In this document: piece by piece, positions 17,130-25,999 of the stretch | How the letters are laid out: every line of letters starts with the position of its first letter | Numbering within the stretch: the stretch's first letter is position 1 | Origin: a virus | Lineage: Duplodnaviria; Caudoviricetes | Length of the DNA: 64,000 bases | Direction: 5' to 3' (one strand) | IMG/VR virus record: IMGVR_UViG_3300037067_027616 | Coordinates: 402,730-466,729 of that record | Notes under the pieces: model-generated | What the model was told of the DNA's origin: nothing | The model's database searches: none | What the model saw: only the letters and a program-made list of their open reading frames with translations | Program-made: the position numbers and the translations under genes

Positions 17130-17509
17130 GGTGGTTCATGGCTTTTCTGCATTGTCACTCGTGCGATTGGTCCCAAGACGACTATTGGGATTTCAGCATC
17201 CGACGCGGCTATGGCCACTTCAAGGTGCTCGGGATTGAGTGGCAGTACAACCCGGTGTCCTGCTTCTTGTCCTACGTGTTCGGCAGACACGGCTATTGGT
17301 GGCCGCGCCGGATAGACTTCGATGACAACACTGCCAAGGAATGCGGCTGGAAGCGCAGAGACCCACACTCATGGTTCCTCATTGTGCGGGAGTTCAAAAG
17401 GATGATCCGCAAGTTCAAGAACCAGCGCTGGTGGACGCACGAGAAGTTTTTGGCGGACGTGGACGCCGTGTGTCCCAATTGTGGGAAAAGGAATTTCGAT
17501 GAGGATTGA
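17126..17509 (+). CDS. Trp-rich Zn-ribbon hypothetical protein
   Basis: CHSC...CPNC; ATGA coupling. Confidence 0.55.
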   Translation: MRWFMAFLHCHSCDWSQDDYWDFSIRRGYGHFKVLGIEWQYNPVSCFLSYVFGRHGYWWPRRIDFDDNTAKECGWKRRDPHSWFLIVREFKRMIRKFKNQRWWTHEKFLADVDAVCPNCGKRNFDED

Positions 17510-17531
17510 AATTTAACAAGGAGCCGTAGTC

Positions 17532-17852
17532 ATGTTTAAAAAGATTGTGTCGTGTGTGCTGATTGTTTGTGTGCTTTCGGTAGTTGTTGGTTGTGGATCC
17601 GACAGGACCGTATGCCTTCCTGGCGCCGATGAGAAACAGGTGTGTAAAACATATGGACAGTATGGAATGTTCAACGGTTACGACATGAAAAACCAACACG
17701 TTCAGTATCGAGTTATCGTCGGAAATGTCGTGTGGGCAATCATATTGGTAGAAACAATTTTCACCCCTATCATTATTTTTGGGTGGTACTTGTATGAACC
17801 CATAGGACCTCGAGCGGTTATACCTAATGACATTGGGGTGGTCAATAATTAA
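17532..17852 (+). CDS. Putative lipoprotein / membrane protein
   Basis: Signal peptide with VVVGC lipobox; second hydrophobic segment GNVVWAIILVETIF. Confidence 0.6.
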   Translation: MFKKIVSCVLIVCVLSVVVGCGSDRTVCLPGADEKQVCKTYGQYGMFNGYDMKNQHVQYRVIVGNVVWAIILVETIFTPIIIFGWYLYEPIGPRAVIPNDIGVVNN

Positions 17853-18103
17853 AAGACCCAACAAAGGTCATGAACCCCAAACAGGGGGTGTTGAATGGGT
17901 GACGAAGTGCAGGGTATGTCCACAGAGGATCTTATCTCCAATTTGGTTACTTGTGACTACCGTGGCCAAGCTTTCAAAAGGTGCTGTTTGGATGAACTCC
18001 TTTTGAGAAAAACCCGTGATGAGATTAAAAACGTTCAAGAGGTAGGGGTAGAGAAGCCAATAGCCCAAGGATAGGGAAGGAAATAATCCGAGTAAAATTT
18101 GTT

Positions 18104-18132
18104 TGGACAAAACAATTTTGAAAAAGTATATT
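18104..18132 (+). promoter_or_regulatory. Sigma70-type promoter of the JAB...E1 operon
   Basis: TGGACA, 17 bp, TATATT; AT-rich UP-like context. Confidence 0.6.
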
Positions 18133-18179
18133 TATAAAGACACAGAAGCTACGAGTAGTTTAAAGAACAGGATATACTG

Positions 18180-18557
18180 ATGGCTTTCTCTGAAGAATGC
18201 TGGGCGTTGCGTGGGTTGAACCTCGATCCCGTTTTGTGGATCTGGAGGGAGCAGTACATATCAAAGGGTAGCGGGGCAAGTGTCAATTTCGATTGGGAGA
18301 AGGCTTGGGACGACAAGTCAATTATCGGTTGGAGGCACACCCACCCAGGAACGAATTTTGATTTTCCGAGCAGTGTTGACGACAGAACCATGAAATCCTG
18401 GGTGAAGGCAACGGGGAAGTCAATGATATGTGGAGTGACTTGCGGGACGTCCACAAAATATTATCTTTACGGAGCCAATATCGGCGGGGATATGGATTCT
18501 GAATTGCGATACATCCGTATACCTGTTTTAGGGGTGGTGCTGGCCAATCAAAATTAA
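18180..18557 (+). CDS. JAB/MPN+ (JAMM) metallo-isopeptidase
   Basis: N-terminal Glu (SEEC) and IIGWRHTHP...PSSVD, matching HxHx7Sx2D. Confidence 0.8.
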   Translation: MAFSEECWALRGLNLDPVLWIWREQYISKGSGASVNFDWEKAWDDKSIIGWRHTHPGTNFDFPSSVDDRTMKSWVKATGKSMICGVTCGTSTKYYLYGANIGGDMDSELRYIRIPVLGVVLANQN

Positions 18558-18576
18558 GTTCGAGGGAGAATCTCCC

Positions 18577-18774
18577 GTGGGTGATAAGAAGGAAACAAAA
18601 GAGCGAGCCGACCCCACATCCTGTCCGTTAGCGGGGTGTGCTCACAGGGAGGGATGCGCTATAATCGATATCACAGGCAAAGCTCCGAAGCCGGGTGGGA
18701 AGTGTTCATATTACGAGAAGGAACACACGGGTCGTAAGAAGGTCAACAAAAACGAAGGTTCTAACGAGTTGTAA
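18577..18774 (+). CDS. Small Cys-rich protein
   Basis: CP..GC....C...CSYY. Confidence 0.4.
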   Translation: MGDKKETKERADPTSCPLAGCAHREGCAIIDITGKAPKPGGKCSYYEKEHTGRKKVNKNEGSNEL

Positions 18775-18782
18775 ACACAATC

Positions 18783-19301
18783 ATGGGGGTAAATATGAAG
18801 GAACGTACGGCGTCCATACCGAAGTTTGAGTTCACCGGGAGTCCTTTGGATCCGGAAAAGACCATGATGCTGATGGGACTCATAGTGGCTACCAAATCAC
18901 CCGACAACCCGGAAGTTCCTATGGAGAAGGACGGGAACCTCATGGACATGTTTTTGGCCAAAGTGGCTGAGGCGAGGATACGTGTGTACCCGCTCCCGTT
19001 CAACATCACGAATTTTTTCTTCGCCGCCTCGATGATTACCTTCATGAACACCCCGGGCATGGTCATGGGTATGCTTTGGCTGGCCAAATGCTACGCCGAG
19101 AAGACAGGCAAAAAGGTGCTGACGGTGGGTGATTGGTGCGAGATGTTCCCGGTTGGTACACCGACCCCGGAGGAATGCGAGAGGTGGTGGGACGCGCAGA
19201 AGGTCACCTGGGAGAGGAAGTCGTTGGAAAGCGACAATATGGTCGACTACCCCGAATTGTGGGGGTGTGTTGATAAGTCCATAGAGAACGCGACTGTTTA
19301 A
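18783..19301 (+). CDS. Hypothetical protein
   Basis: 172-aa ORF in the JAB-E1 gene run. Confidence 0.55.
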   Translation: MGVNMKERTASIPKFEFTGSPLDPEKTMMLMGLIVATKSPDNPEVPMEKDGNLMDMFLAKVAEARIRVYPLPFNITNFFFAASMITFMNTPGMVMGMLWLAKCYAEKTGKKVLTVGDWCEMFPVGTPTPEECERWWDAQKVTWERKSLESDNMVDYPELWGCVDKSIENATV

Positions 19302-19319
19302 CCAACGAAGGAAAAACCC

Positions 19320-19529
19320 ATGCCGATCGAACACACAAAGAAATTTGGCATCTACCATTGGGATACGTTTGACAATGAAACATATATGGTGGATGAAGCC
19401 GATACATTGGCAAAAGCTGAAAGCGTAGTCAAGAAAACGTACGGCGAAAGAATCAGGGACACCGGGGCGGATCAAGTGGACATCGTAGATAGCAAAGGAA
19501 ACGTTGTCAAGTCTTACAAAATCGGGTGA
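19320..19529 (+). CDS. Small hypothetical protein
   Basis: AAGGA RBS; 69 aa. Confidence 0.55.
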   Translation: MPIEHTKKFGIYHWDTFDNETYMVDEADTLAKAESVVKKTYGERIRDTGADQVDIVDSKGNVVKSYKIG

Positions 19530-19541
19530 ACGGAGATAGAC

Positions 19542-20183
19542 GTGGCAGACGTATTGGTGCATGAAAGGGTATACCGCGGAGAGGCGGTCATGGCCAAAAT
19601 GGCCGCACTGCAGATAACCGTCTGCGGCGCCGGGGCTGTTGGCTCGAACCTCATCGACAACATTTCCCGGCAGGGCTTCAAAAAGATAACGGTCATCGAT
19701 GACGACCGTGTCGAGGCCCACAACATCCCTACACAGGTATGGTCAAGGCGCGAAGTCGGGCAATTCAAGGCCGCCATGCTCAAGAACCTGGTGTTCAATT
19801 CGTCCGGTGCAACGGTGGAGGCCGTCACGCGCAGGCTCGATGACGGTAATGTGAAGAAGTACCTGTCGACCGCCGGCCTTGTCGTGGACGGCTTTGACAA
19901 TTCCGCGAGCCGTGCGTTGGTCGCCAAATACTGCAGGGAGGCCAAAAAGGACTGTTTGCACGTGGGTTTGGCGAAGGATTACGCCGAAGTCGTCTGGAAC
20001 GAGCGGTACCGGGTGCCAAAGGACGTGGTGGGTCAGGACGTGTGTGAGTACCCCATGGCCAGGAACACCATCCTGTTGGCCGTTTCCGTGGCTTCAGAGG
20101 TCATTGTGAGGTATGTGGCCACCGGAGAGAAAAAAGACTACGTAATTACCCTTGGGGATTTCAAGGTTGATGGTGTTTTGTAA
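19542..20183 (+). CDS. ThiF/MoeB/E1-like adenylyltransferase (minimal E1)
   Basis: CGAGAVG nucleotide-binding loop, DDDRVEAHNIPTQ, conserved Lys (GQFKA), VVDGFDN; candidate catalytic Cys in DVCEYP; no CxxC Zn pairs. Confidence 0.9.
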   Translation: MADVLVHERVYRGEAVMAKMAALQITVCGAGAVGSNLIDNISRQGFKKITVIDDDRVEAHNIPTQVWSRREVGQFKAAMLKNLVFNSSGATVEAVTRRLDDGNVKKYLSTAGLVVDGFDNSASRALVAKYCREAKKDCLHVGLAKDYAEVVWNERYRVPKDVVGQDVCEYPMARNTILLAVSVASEVIVRYVATGEKKDYVITLGDFKVDGVL

Positions 20184-20243
20184 TAATCAGGTATTTGTTC
20201 CGCCGCTTTTAGTATATTGATGGTGTGACGTTCTTTGACAATT

Positions 20244-20592
20244 GGGGGTGTTCCGGTTTCGACGTGATGACTGAATTGCTGGTAGCATGCCGAGGTTCAT
20301 CGGTTGGCCTCGTTAAAAGCCGATGACGTTATAACTGCCGAAGATTACAGCTATGCCATGGCAGAAGCTGCCTAATTAATAGGTAGCGAAAGTGTACGTT
20401 GACGCCTCTATTCGTACACTTAGCAGAGGCTGGGTTCGTGGTGTGACGGACTACGGGTCGAGATTCGTCTTGGGTTGCCTTAAGTGGTTTCTGGTTCAGG
20501 GAGGGCAACTGACGTTGTTGAACCAGATAAGCATGTAGAAGCCATCATGGATGGCGTTGCGGACAGGAGTTCGACTCTCCTCACCTCCACCA
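20244..20592 (+). ncRNA. ssrA: tmRNA
   Basis: 5' GGGGGTG-TTCCGGTTTCGAC; 3' T-arm AGGAGTTCGACTCTCCT, CACCTCC-A-CCA with G3:U70; ATAACT before the resume codon; tag ORF 20337-20375 AEDYSYAMAEAA*. Confidence 0.95.
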
Positions 20593-20746
20593 GTATGCCG
20601 GGCATAAAGGACATCGAAAATGATGTGCCGTAGGTACTTGGCTCCGATACTAACGGCGTCCAAGTCAACATCTGTATCAATAAAACCTACAGGTTGTGTC
20701 CCATGTCCGGCTCCTTGATTTGGGTTGCGTAGGAGCAGCCCTCGGC

Positions 20747-20782
20747 GAAGGGTGTCACGGGGTAACACCCGTGGCACCTTTC
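20747..20782 (+). terminator. Hairpin downstream of tmRNA, terminator-like
   Basis: GAAGGGTGTCACGGG / CCCGTGGCACCTTTC stem. Confidence 0.45.
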
Positions 20783-20799
20783 ATACATGCACAATTAAA

Positions 20800-21081
20800 A
20801 TGAGATACAAGCCATCAATAGCTTCAGTGATGTTCAGTGACGGTACAAAAGTCACGAGTGCCTCTCATAAAGGTGCCGAGATAGACTTCATAGAAAACAA
20901 CGGCACAATACTCATTGTTACTATGGAATCAAAAAAAGAAGGCAAGGGTTTTGCCCAAGAAGCCCTTTCACTTTTGATGAAACGATATAAAAAAAGAAAA
21001 TTCACCGCTACTGTCCCTCTCCATCCGGCCGCCAAACACATCTTTGATAAGATGGGCATCGAGTACCCCGAGGGCGAGTGA
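20800..21081 (+). CDS. Small GNAT-like acetyltransferase
   Basis: KEGKGFAQEAL acetyl-CoA-binding-like motif and AKHIFDKMG. Confidence 0.5.
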   Translation: MRYKPSIASVMFSDGTKVTSASHKGAEIDFIENNGTILIVTMESKKEGKGFAQEALSLLMKRYKKRKFTATVPLHPAAKHIFDKMGIEYPEGE

Positions 21082-21989
21082 TGAAATATTATATCGCTTA
21101 CCCGGTGTCCTTTGACTGCGATTTGCATTGCTTTTATTGTTTCCATTCCTATAGGCACACCAAAAACTATGGCGGCACGGAAGGTGAGGAAGGGGAACCA
21201 ACCACACAACGACGAATGACGTTCGCCGATTGGGACAAGTTCAGGGACACACATTTGGCGGGAGCAGAAGATATCATAGTCCACTTCCACGGTGGCGAGA
21301 CCTTCCTGCCAACAAACGCGAATACCATCCGGGCCTTCATGAAGCATACGAAGGTCGAGCGTGCCGATCTACTTACCAACGGTCTTCAGTCCCCGGAATC
21401 GTACCACACAATCGCGGACTACGCCGATCGTGTATATCGCATAGGTATGACTTTCCATCGTAAAATCATTGAGGGCGTCCCCGAACTCGTTAAAAAATTT
21501 GAGGATAACGCCGCGCTCATCAAAGAAATCGTAGGTGACCGCCTCTACATCAAGGAACTCCTTTTTGCAGGCACCAGGGAAACACTTTTGTCTGCTAAAA
21601 AGTCATGGGGAATACTTGGGTATCAGTACAAAATACAAGATTTTAAAGGCAATGAACGTGGTAGAGATTTCGAAGAATGGCGGCGCTACAGCGCCGAGGA
21701 TATGCTCGCCATCGACAGTGAGTACAAACGCGGGGGTACGGAGTGCGCTTGCATGCGCGGTTATACCAACATCCTTATAAGGGGTGGGTGGCATGATGGT
21801 GATGTTTTGGCGTGTTTTGAAGACCCCGTTGTTGTTGGGAGTATCCAAAAAAACGAGTACCTTCCGGGGTACAGGATTGTAAAAGACTTCAAAGCCGGCA
21901 GGATAGACATACAAGGTGTGCCAAAGAATTACAAGGGCAGTTGGGAAAGGGATTTATACAAGCCGCAACAGGCATGTGGTACAGAATAG
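21078..21989 (+). CDS. Radical SAM protein
   Basis: CDLHCFYC (CxxxCxxC), HGGE, LLTNG; C-terminal CAC...GDVLAC SPASM/twitch-like cysteines. Confidence 0.85.
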   Translation: MMKYYIAYPVSFDCDLHCFYCFHSYRHTKNYGGTEGEEGEPTTQRRMTFADWDKFRDTHLAGAEDIIVHFHGGETFLPTNANTIRAFMKHTKVERADLLTNGLQSPESYHTIADYADRVYRIGMTFHRKIIEGVPELVKKFEDNAALIKEIVGDRLYIKELLFAGTRETLLSAKKSWGILGYQYKIQDFKGNERGRDFEEWRRYSAEDMLAIDSEYKRGGTECACMRGYTNILIRGGWHDGDVLACFEDPVVVGSIQKNEYLPGYRIVKDFKAGRIDIQGVPKNYKGSWERDLYKPQQACGTE

Positions 21990-21992
21990 AAA

Positions 21993-22283
21993 GTGAGGAA
22001 CGGCGTGAAAATTGTCGCAGTATTGTATGACGGTAAGGAACTATCCAGTAAAACCAGACAGTTCCTTGAGGAGAATGTTTGGTACAACGAGGACGAAGGC
22101 CATTATTGGCTGACCAAAAAAGAGGTACTCGACAACCTCAATAAGGATGATGAGGAGATGTACACGGATATTCCTGTGGGGTGGTGGGTGGACGCCGGTT
22201 TTAGTTCCGATCAAAGAAAGGAACTTGAGAAACTGTGGTCTATGGGCAACAGTGACATTGAGGCCCGTTGGGAGAAATTGTGA
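21993..22283 (+). CDS. Hypothetical protein
   Basis: Coupled ORF of 96 aa. Confidence 0.5.
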   Translation: MRNGVKIVAVLYDGKELSSKTRQFLEENVWYNEDEGHYWLTKKEVLDNLNKDDEEMYTDIPVGWWVDAGFSSDQRKELEKLWSMGNSDIEARWEKL

Positions 22284-22696
22284 GAAACCCCGCCCGGTTG
22301 GAAAGGACCCTGGAGGTCACAGGCATCAAGGTGCCTTCCGATTTAACCCCATGGGGGTATAATTGGAGATCCTATCTCTACGCTAATCTCCTCAAGAGTG
22401 AAGTCATGACCATGGAGGAGAAGGCGGTTATGATTGATTTGTACAAGACACTTATGGGGTTTCATACGTTACCGTGGTCACGCAAGAGGCTCGTGCCTTT
22501 AGACAAATCCAAAGTGTTTGATCTGCAGTCTGTAATCCTGCATGTCATATACTCCACCGATTCGGCGGATGTCTTGCGCGCGGCTCTTTGGCAGAGGCAG
22601 GCTGTTTTAGACGGAAATTTTTACACCGATGACCATGTTATGTCTTTGATACCCGACTTGGGCGGATACGTCAGAAGGGCGAGGAATCGTGTCTGA
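22268..22696 (+). CDS. Hypothetical protein
   Basis: Coupled ORF; start uncertain. Confidence 0.5.
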   Translation: MGEIVRNPARLERTLEVTGIKVPSDLTPWGYNWRSYLYANLLKSEVMTMEEKAVMIDLYKTLMGFHTLPWSRKRLVPLDKSKVFDLQSVILHVIYSTDSADVLRAALWQRQAVLDGNFYTDDHVMSLIPDLGGYVRRARNRV

Positions 22697-23438
22697 AGAA
22701 TACAAATTTGACCCGAAGTTCGATTGGTGGACCAAAGATCACACGGACAATTACGAGTGGATCAAGAACTATTTCAAAAAAACGGCCATCATAGGTAAGC
22801 CTCTTGAGTTCCTCGAGGTTGGTGTATTCGAGGGAAAATCCACGATATGGTTCGTGGATAACATATTGGGTATGAAAGCCGAGGGGCCTGAAGGCACCCC
22901 GTATTTTGGTGGTTCGGTATATCGTTGCATAGAACCTGACCCTGCTCCAAATTTCGAGCACAACATCGGAATTCTTCGTCAGAGGTATCCTTATGTCCGC
23001 ATCACGCACAATAAAGAATACTCCGAGCATTTTCTTCCAAAATTGATAAGCAGCCCCCTCGATGACCCGGCTGACTACGCTTCAGCAAATTTAGCATACA
23101 TCGATGGCGACCACAATGCGCAAGGAGTCCTGCGGGATGCTGTGATGGCGTGGGAGTGCCTCAAGGTCGGCGGTATCCTACTTTTTGATGACTACGAGAT
23201 GGAGGCCACCGACCCGTGGCACTACATCAGTCACAAGGAGTTCAAGGAACACGACCGGGCGAAATTCCGGCATCCGAGTATCGCTATTGATGCGTTCCTC
23301 AACGTGTATCGGGGACTCTATGAGAAGGTCATCGACAATTTCCAAGTCGGGGTCATCAAGCGTGTCGAACTTGGCGCCAAGAACCTTGCACACGGTGACA
23401 ACAGCCAGGGTGGGTTCGAGTACCATGCCAGCAAATGA
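22689..23438 (+). CDS. Class I SAM-dependent methyltransferase (Methyltransf_24-like)
   Basis: LEVGVFEGKS, YIDGDH, LKVGGILLFDDY. Confidence 0.85.
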   Translation: MSEEYKFDPKFDWWTKDHTDNYEWIKNYFKKTAIIGKPLEFLEVGVFEGKSTIWFVDNILGMKAEGPEGTPYFGGSVYRCIEPDPAPNFEHNIGILRQRYPYVRITHNKEYSEHFLPKLISSPLDDPADYASANLAYIDGDHNAQGVLRDAVMAWECLKVGGILLFDDYEMEATDPWHYISHKEFKEHDRAKFRHPSIAIDAFLNVYRGLYEKVIDNFQVGVIKRVELGAKNLAHGDNSQGGFEYHASK

Positions 23439-23718
23439 ACCTATAGCCGTATCAAAGAAGATGGCAGCCTACATTCGAGATAGGATGGGCAAGGACGTCC
23501 CTCTCTATCGGGAAATAGTTATGTGGGACGATGACACTTTCCAAGTGAAGGTGGTACATACTTTTGATGCGAAGAAAAATAAAAAGCGCGTCTGTTTGAT
23601 GTACACCTCTAAAAATAAAGAGTACGTGGCCATCGAAGGCATGTTGGATGTTCGTGCCGCTGAACCGTGGAATGATATCATTATCCAAACAGTACCAAAT
23701 AGGGATGTGGAGAAATAA
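23425..23718 (+). CDS. Hypothetical protein
   Basis: Likely true start MPANEP overlapping the upstream gene end. Confidence 0.45.
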   Translation: MPANEPIAVSKKMAAYIRDRMGKDVPLYREIVMWDDDTFQVKVVHTFDAKKNKKRVCLMYTSKNKEYVAIEGMLDVRAAEPWNDIIIQTVPNRDVEK

Positions 23719-23719
23719 T

Positions 23720-24088
23720 ATGTTCAAAAAGGGGACGATGAAACAAGAGGGGATCGACATCACGATTCGCAATAACCCGGAACACGTCTTGGCTCCGGAT
23801 GATTGGACGAAGGTGACAGGGGTGAGGTTCGGGAGAATAACCCCGGGAGAATACACGGAATACTATAAAGGCCTTCTCAAGAAACGGTGGGAAACCCGCA
23901 AGCAGGAAATAATGGATCTCGCCAAAGAAGGCATGCTCAAAGACGTGCGCCTCAAATGCTATTGTCCTCATTCGGCTAAATACTGCCATGCTCACACGGC
24001 CGCCAGGTTCCTAAACGGGATAGTGGACAAGATGTTGAAGCAGGAATCCGGTACGCATCTGGTAGGGGATGTTGCCAAAGACACTTGA
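23720..24088 (+). CDS. DUF488/DUF4326-like protein
   Basis: LAP..W, EY...Y..LL, L.CYC....CH.H motif. Confidence 0.55.
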   Translation: MFKKGTMKQEGIDITIRNNPEHVLAPDDWTKVTGVRFGRITPGEYTEYYKGLLKKRWETRKQEIMDLAKEGMLKDVRLKCYCPHSAKYCHAHTAARFLNGIVDKMLKQESGTHLVGDVAKDT

Positions 24089-24100
24089 TAATAGTATATT
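24072..24100 (+). promoter_or_regulatory. Sigma70-type promoter
   Basis: TTGCCA, 17 bp, TATATT just upstream of the HNH gene. Confidence 0.55.
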
Positions 24101-24106
24101 GTTACC

Positions 24107-24388
24107 ATGGACACTTTGGCATGCAGCATATGTGGCAGGATCGCACCGGATGCCTCGTGTATGGAGAGGCACCATCTTGTCCCCCAAGGGAGGGCAGGAA
24201 AGGATACCATACCCGTGTGTGTGGACTGTGGCAACCAAATTCATATGTTGTTTTCCAACAATGATTTGCGATATAAATACAACACGTTGGAGGCTCTACT
24301 GTCTGATGAGCGCGTGCAGAAATGGGTCAGGTGGATAAGGAAGCGTCCGTATTTTGGGGTTTGTGCCAAGGAGAAGAAGAGGCGGTGA
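24107..24388 (+). CDS. Small HNH endonuclease
   Basis: CSIC...HHLVPQGRAG...VCVDCGNQIH. Confidence 0.8.
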   Translation: MDTLACSICGRIAPDASCMERHHLVPQGRAGKDTIPVCVDCGNQIHMLFSNNDLRYKYNTLEALLSDERVQKWVRWIRKRPYFGVCAKEKKRR

Positions 24389-24392
24389 CGGT

Positions 24393-24926
24393 ATGCAGGA
24401 GTATAAACACAAAAAGAATGGGTACTCGCTCAACGCTGTGAGGCTCATATATGGCTCACGGAGTCCGCATGCCGAGCAGTTCTCCATGTATTCCATGCCG
24501 CCGCATGACAGTCATCGCGTACAGTATCACGAGTTGGAGAATGCCCGGGAGCCGTCCCTCGGACCGGGAATCAACACGTGTACGAGGATGGTGAGTTTTG
24601 GTGACGGCAGGAGTTTGACTTCCACCATCACACAAGGCACAGGCATCAACACGGCCATAGTGTACCGTGAGTTACTCATAGATCCTGGCGAGTATTCAAA
24701 GCAGTTTACAGATTCCTTGTTTTCCCAGCCGGAGTACGAGTACTTTGAGCGCCATTGGGACGATCAAGTGCAGTACAAAGTGAACATCCTTGCAAAGTTG
24801 ATACAAGCTTTGGACACGGGGGACGACACTATCTACCCGATACTCGTGGCTGACTTCCCGGAGATATCGAGGTACCTCTTGTCCAAGCCGAGCATCATCA
24901 CCCAAAGGTCGCCGATATGGCCATGA
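24393..24926 (+). CDS. Hypothetical protein
   Basis: Fills the gap between the HNH and RNA ligase genes with overlaps. Confidence 0.5.
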   Translation: MQEYKHKKNGYSLNAVRLIYGSRSPHAEQFSMYSMPPHDSHRVQYHELENAREPSLGPGINTCTRMVSFGDGRSLTSTITQGTGINTAIVYRELLIDPGEYSKQFTDSLFSQPEYEYFERHWDDQVQYKVNILAKLIQALDTGDDTIYPILVADFPEISRYLLSKPSIITQRSPIWP

Positions 24927-25996
24927 AATTCGATGTGCAAGCCTTCATCAACCACCCCCATGTGCTCACGAAGCGCAAGGACGGATTGGTAATTTTCAAT
25001 TACGACCACGGGTGCACTTATGATAAGGCTTGGGACGATATCACCATGCAGGCTCGGGGACTCATACTTGAGGAGGCTACAGGAAAAATTATTGCCCGTT
25101 GTATGAAAAAATTCTTTAATATTAACGAGACGACCGAAACCAAATTTGAAAATCTTCCAAATATTTCTTTTACCGCCACGGAGAAGCAAGACGGTTATTT
25201 GGGTTTGTATTATCGGTGGCGTGGTGAGGAACACATAGCTACCCGGGGTTCGTTCGAGTCGGAAATGGCCGTGTGGGGTACGGATTGGTTCCGGCGTAAC
25301 GTCCGCACATCTGTGCTTGATGATGATTGGACGTATCATTTTGAGATCATTTACAGCCGTAAAATTGTGATAGCATATGACTTCGAGGGTCTTGTACTTC
25401 TCACTGCCATCAACAAAGAAACTGGTGAGGAGATGCCGTACGGCCGCCTCTGCGATGAAGCCAAAGCCATGGGGGTTAGGGTAACTCCGCTTATGCCTGC
25501 ATTCGGCAGCCTTTTGGAGCTGGCTGAATATACAAAATCGTTACCCGGAAACAAGGAGGGGTGTGTCGTCACCTTCTCCAACGGGTTGAAGGTAAAGATA
25601 AAAGGGGATGAGTACTGCCGGATACACAAGATAATCAGCAATATGACTCCGCTTGCCTTCTGGGAGGCCTATGACATCAATAAAGAGGCCATCCCGGTCG
25701 AGTACCTCCAAAGCATACCCGAGGAGTTCCGCGAGGTTTCAGACGGTATTAAGGAAGCCATAGAGGGTCGCATAAATGCAACTGTTTCCGAAATGGAAAG
25801 GGTATGCAAGGAGGTTGAGGCATCGTTTCCTCCGGATGTAAGTGACAAGGACTTTGTGGCCAAGGTGAAAAGCCTGCACCCGAAGGATTTTGGTTGGATC
25901 ATGTACTGCCACAAGGGCAATCGAAAAAAGCTTGTAACCGCCATCCACAGGAACAGTCGTCCTACAAACAACGTCCTTGTGGATGACGCGGGGTAA
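24917..25996 (+). CDS. ATP-dependent RNA ligase, T4 Rnl1 family
   Basis: IFNY, ARGLIL, KKFFN, motif I TEKQDG, ATRGSF, FEII, EGCVV, KVKIK. Confidence 0.9.
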   Translation: MAMKFDVQAFINHPHVLTKRKDGLVIFNYDHGCTYDKAWDDITMQARGLILEEATGKIIARCMKKFFNINETTETKFENLPNISFTATEKQDGYLGLYYRWRGEEHIATRGSFESEMAVWGTDWFRRNVRTSVLDDDWTYHFEIIYSRKIVIAYDFEGLVLLTAINKETGEEMPYGRLCDEAKAMGVRVTPLMPAFGSLLELAEYTKSLPGNKEGCVVTFSNGLKVKIKGDEYCRIHKIISNMTPLAFWEAYDINKEAIPVEYLQSIPEEFREVSDGIKEAIEGRINATVSEMERVCKEVEASFPPDVSDKDFVAKVKSLHPKDFGWIMYCHKGNRKKLVTAIHRNSRPTNNVLVDDAG

Positions 25997-25999
25997 ATT

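Noticed and set aside
19542-20183. ThiF/MoeB as a thiamine or molybdopterin biosynthesis enzyme
   Set aside because: No ThiS-GG, ThiG, MoaE or rhodanese partner in the window, and it lacks the CxxC Zn pairs. Co-operonic JAB favours conjugation, but a sulfur-transfer role cannot be fully excluded.
20244-20592. tmRNA as a prophage attachment site
   Set aside because: No integrase, no duplicated tmRNA 3' end and no host-like genes on either side within the window.
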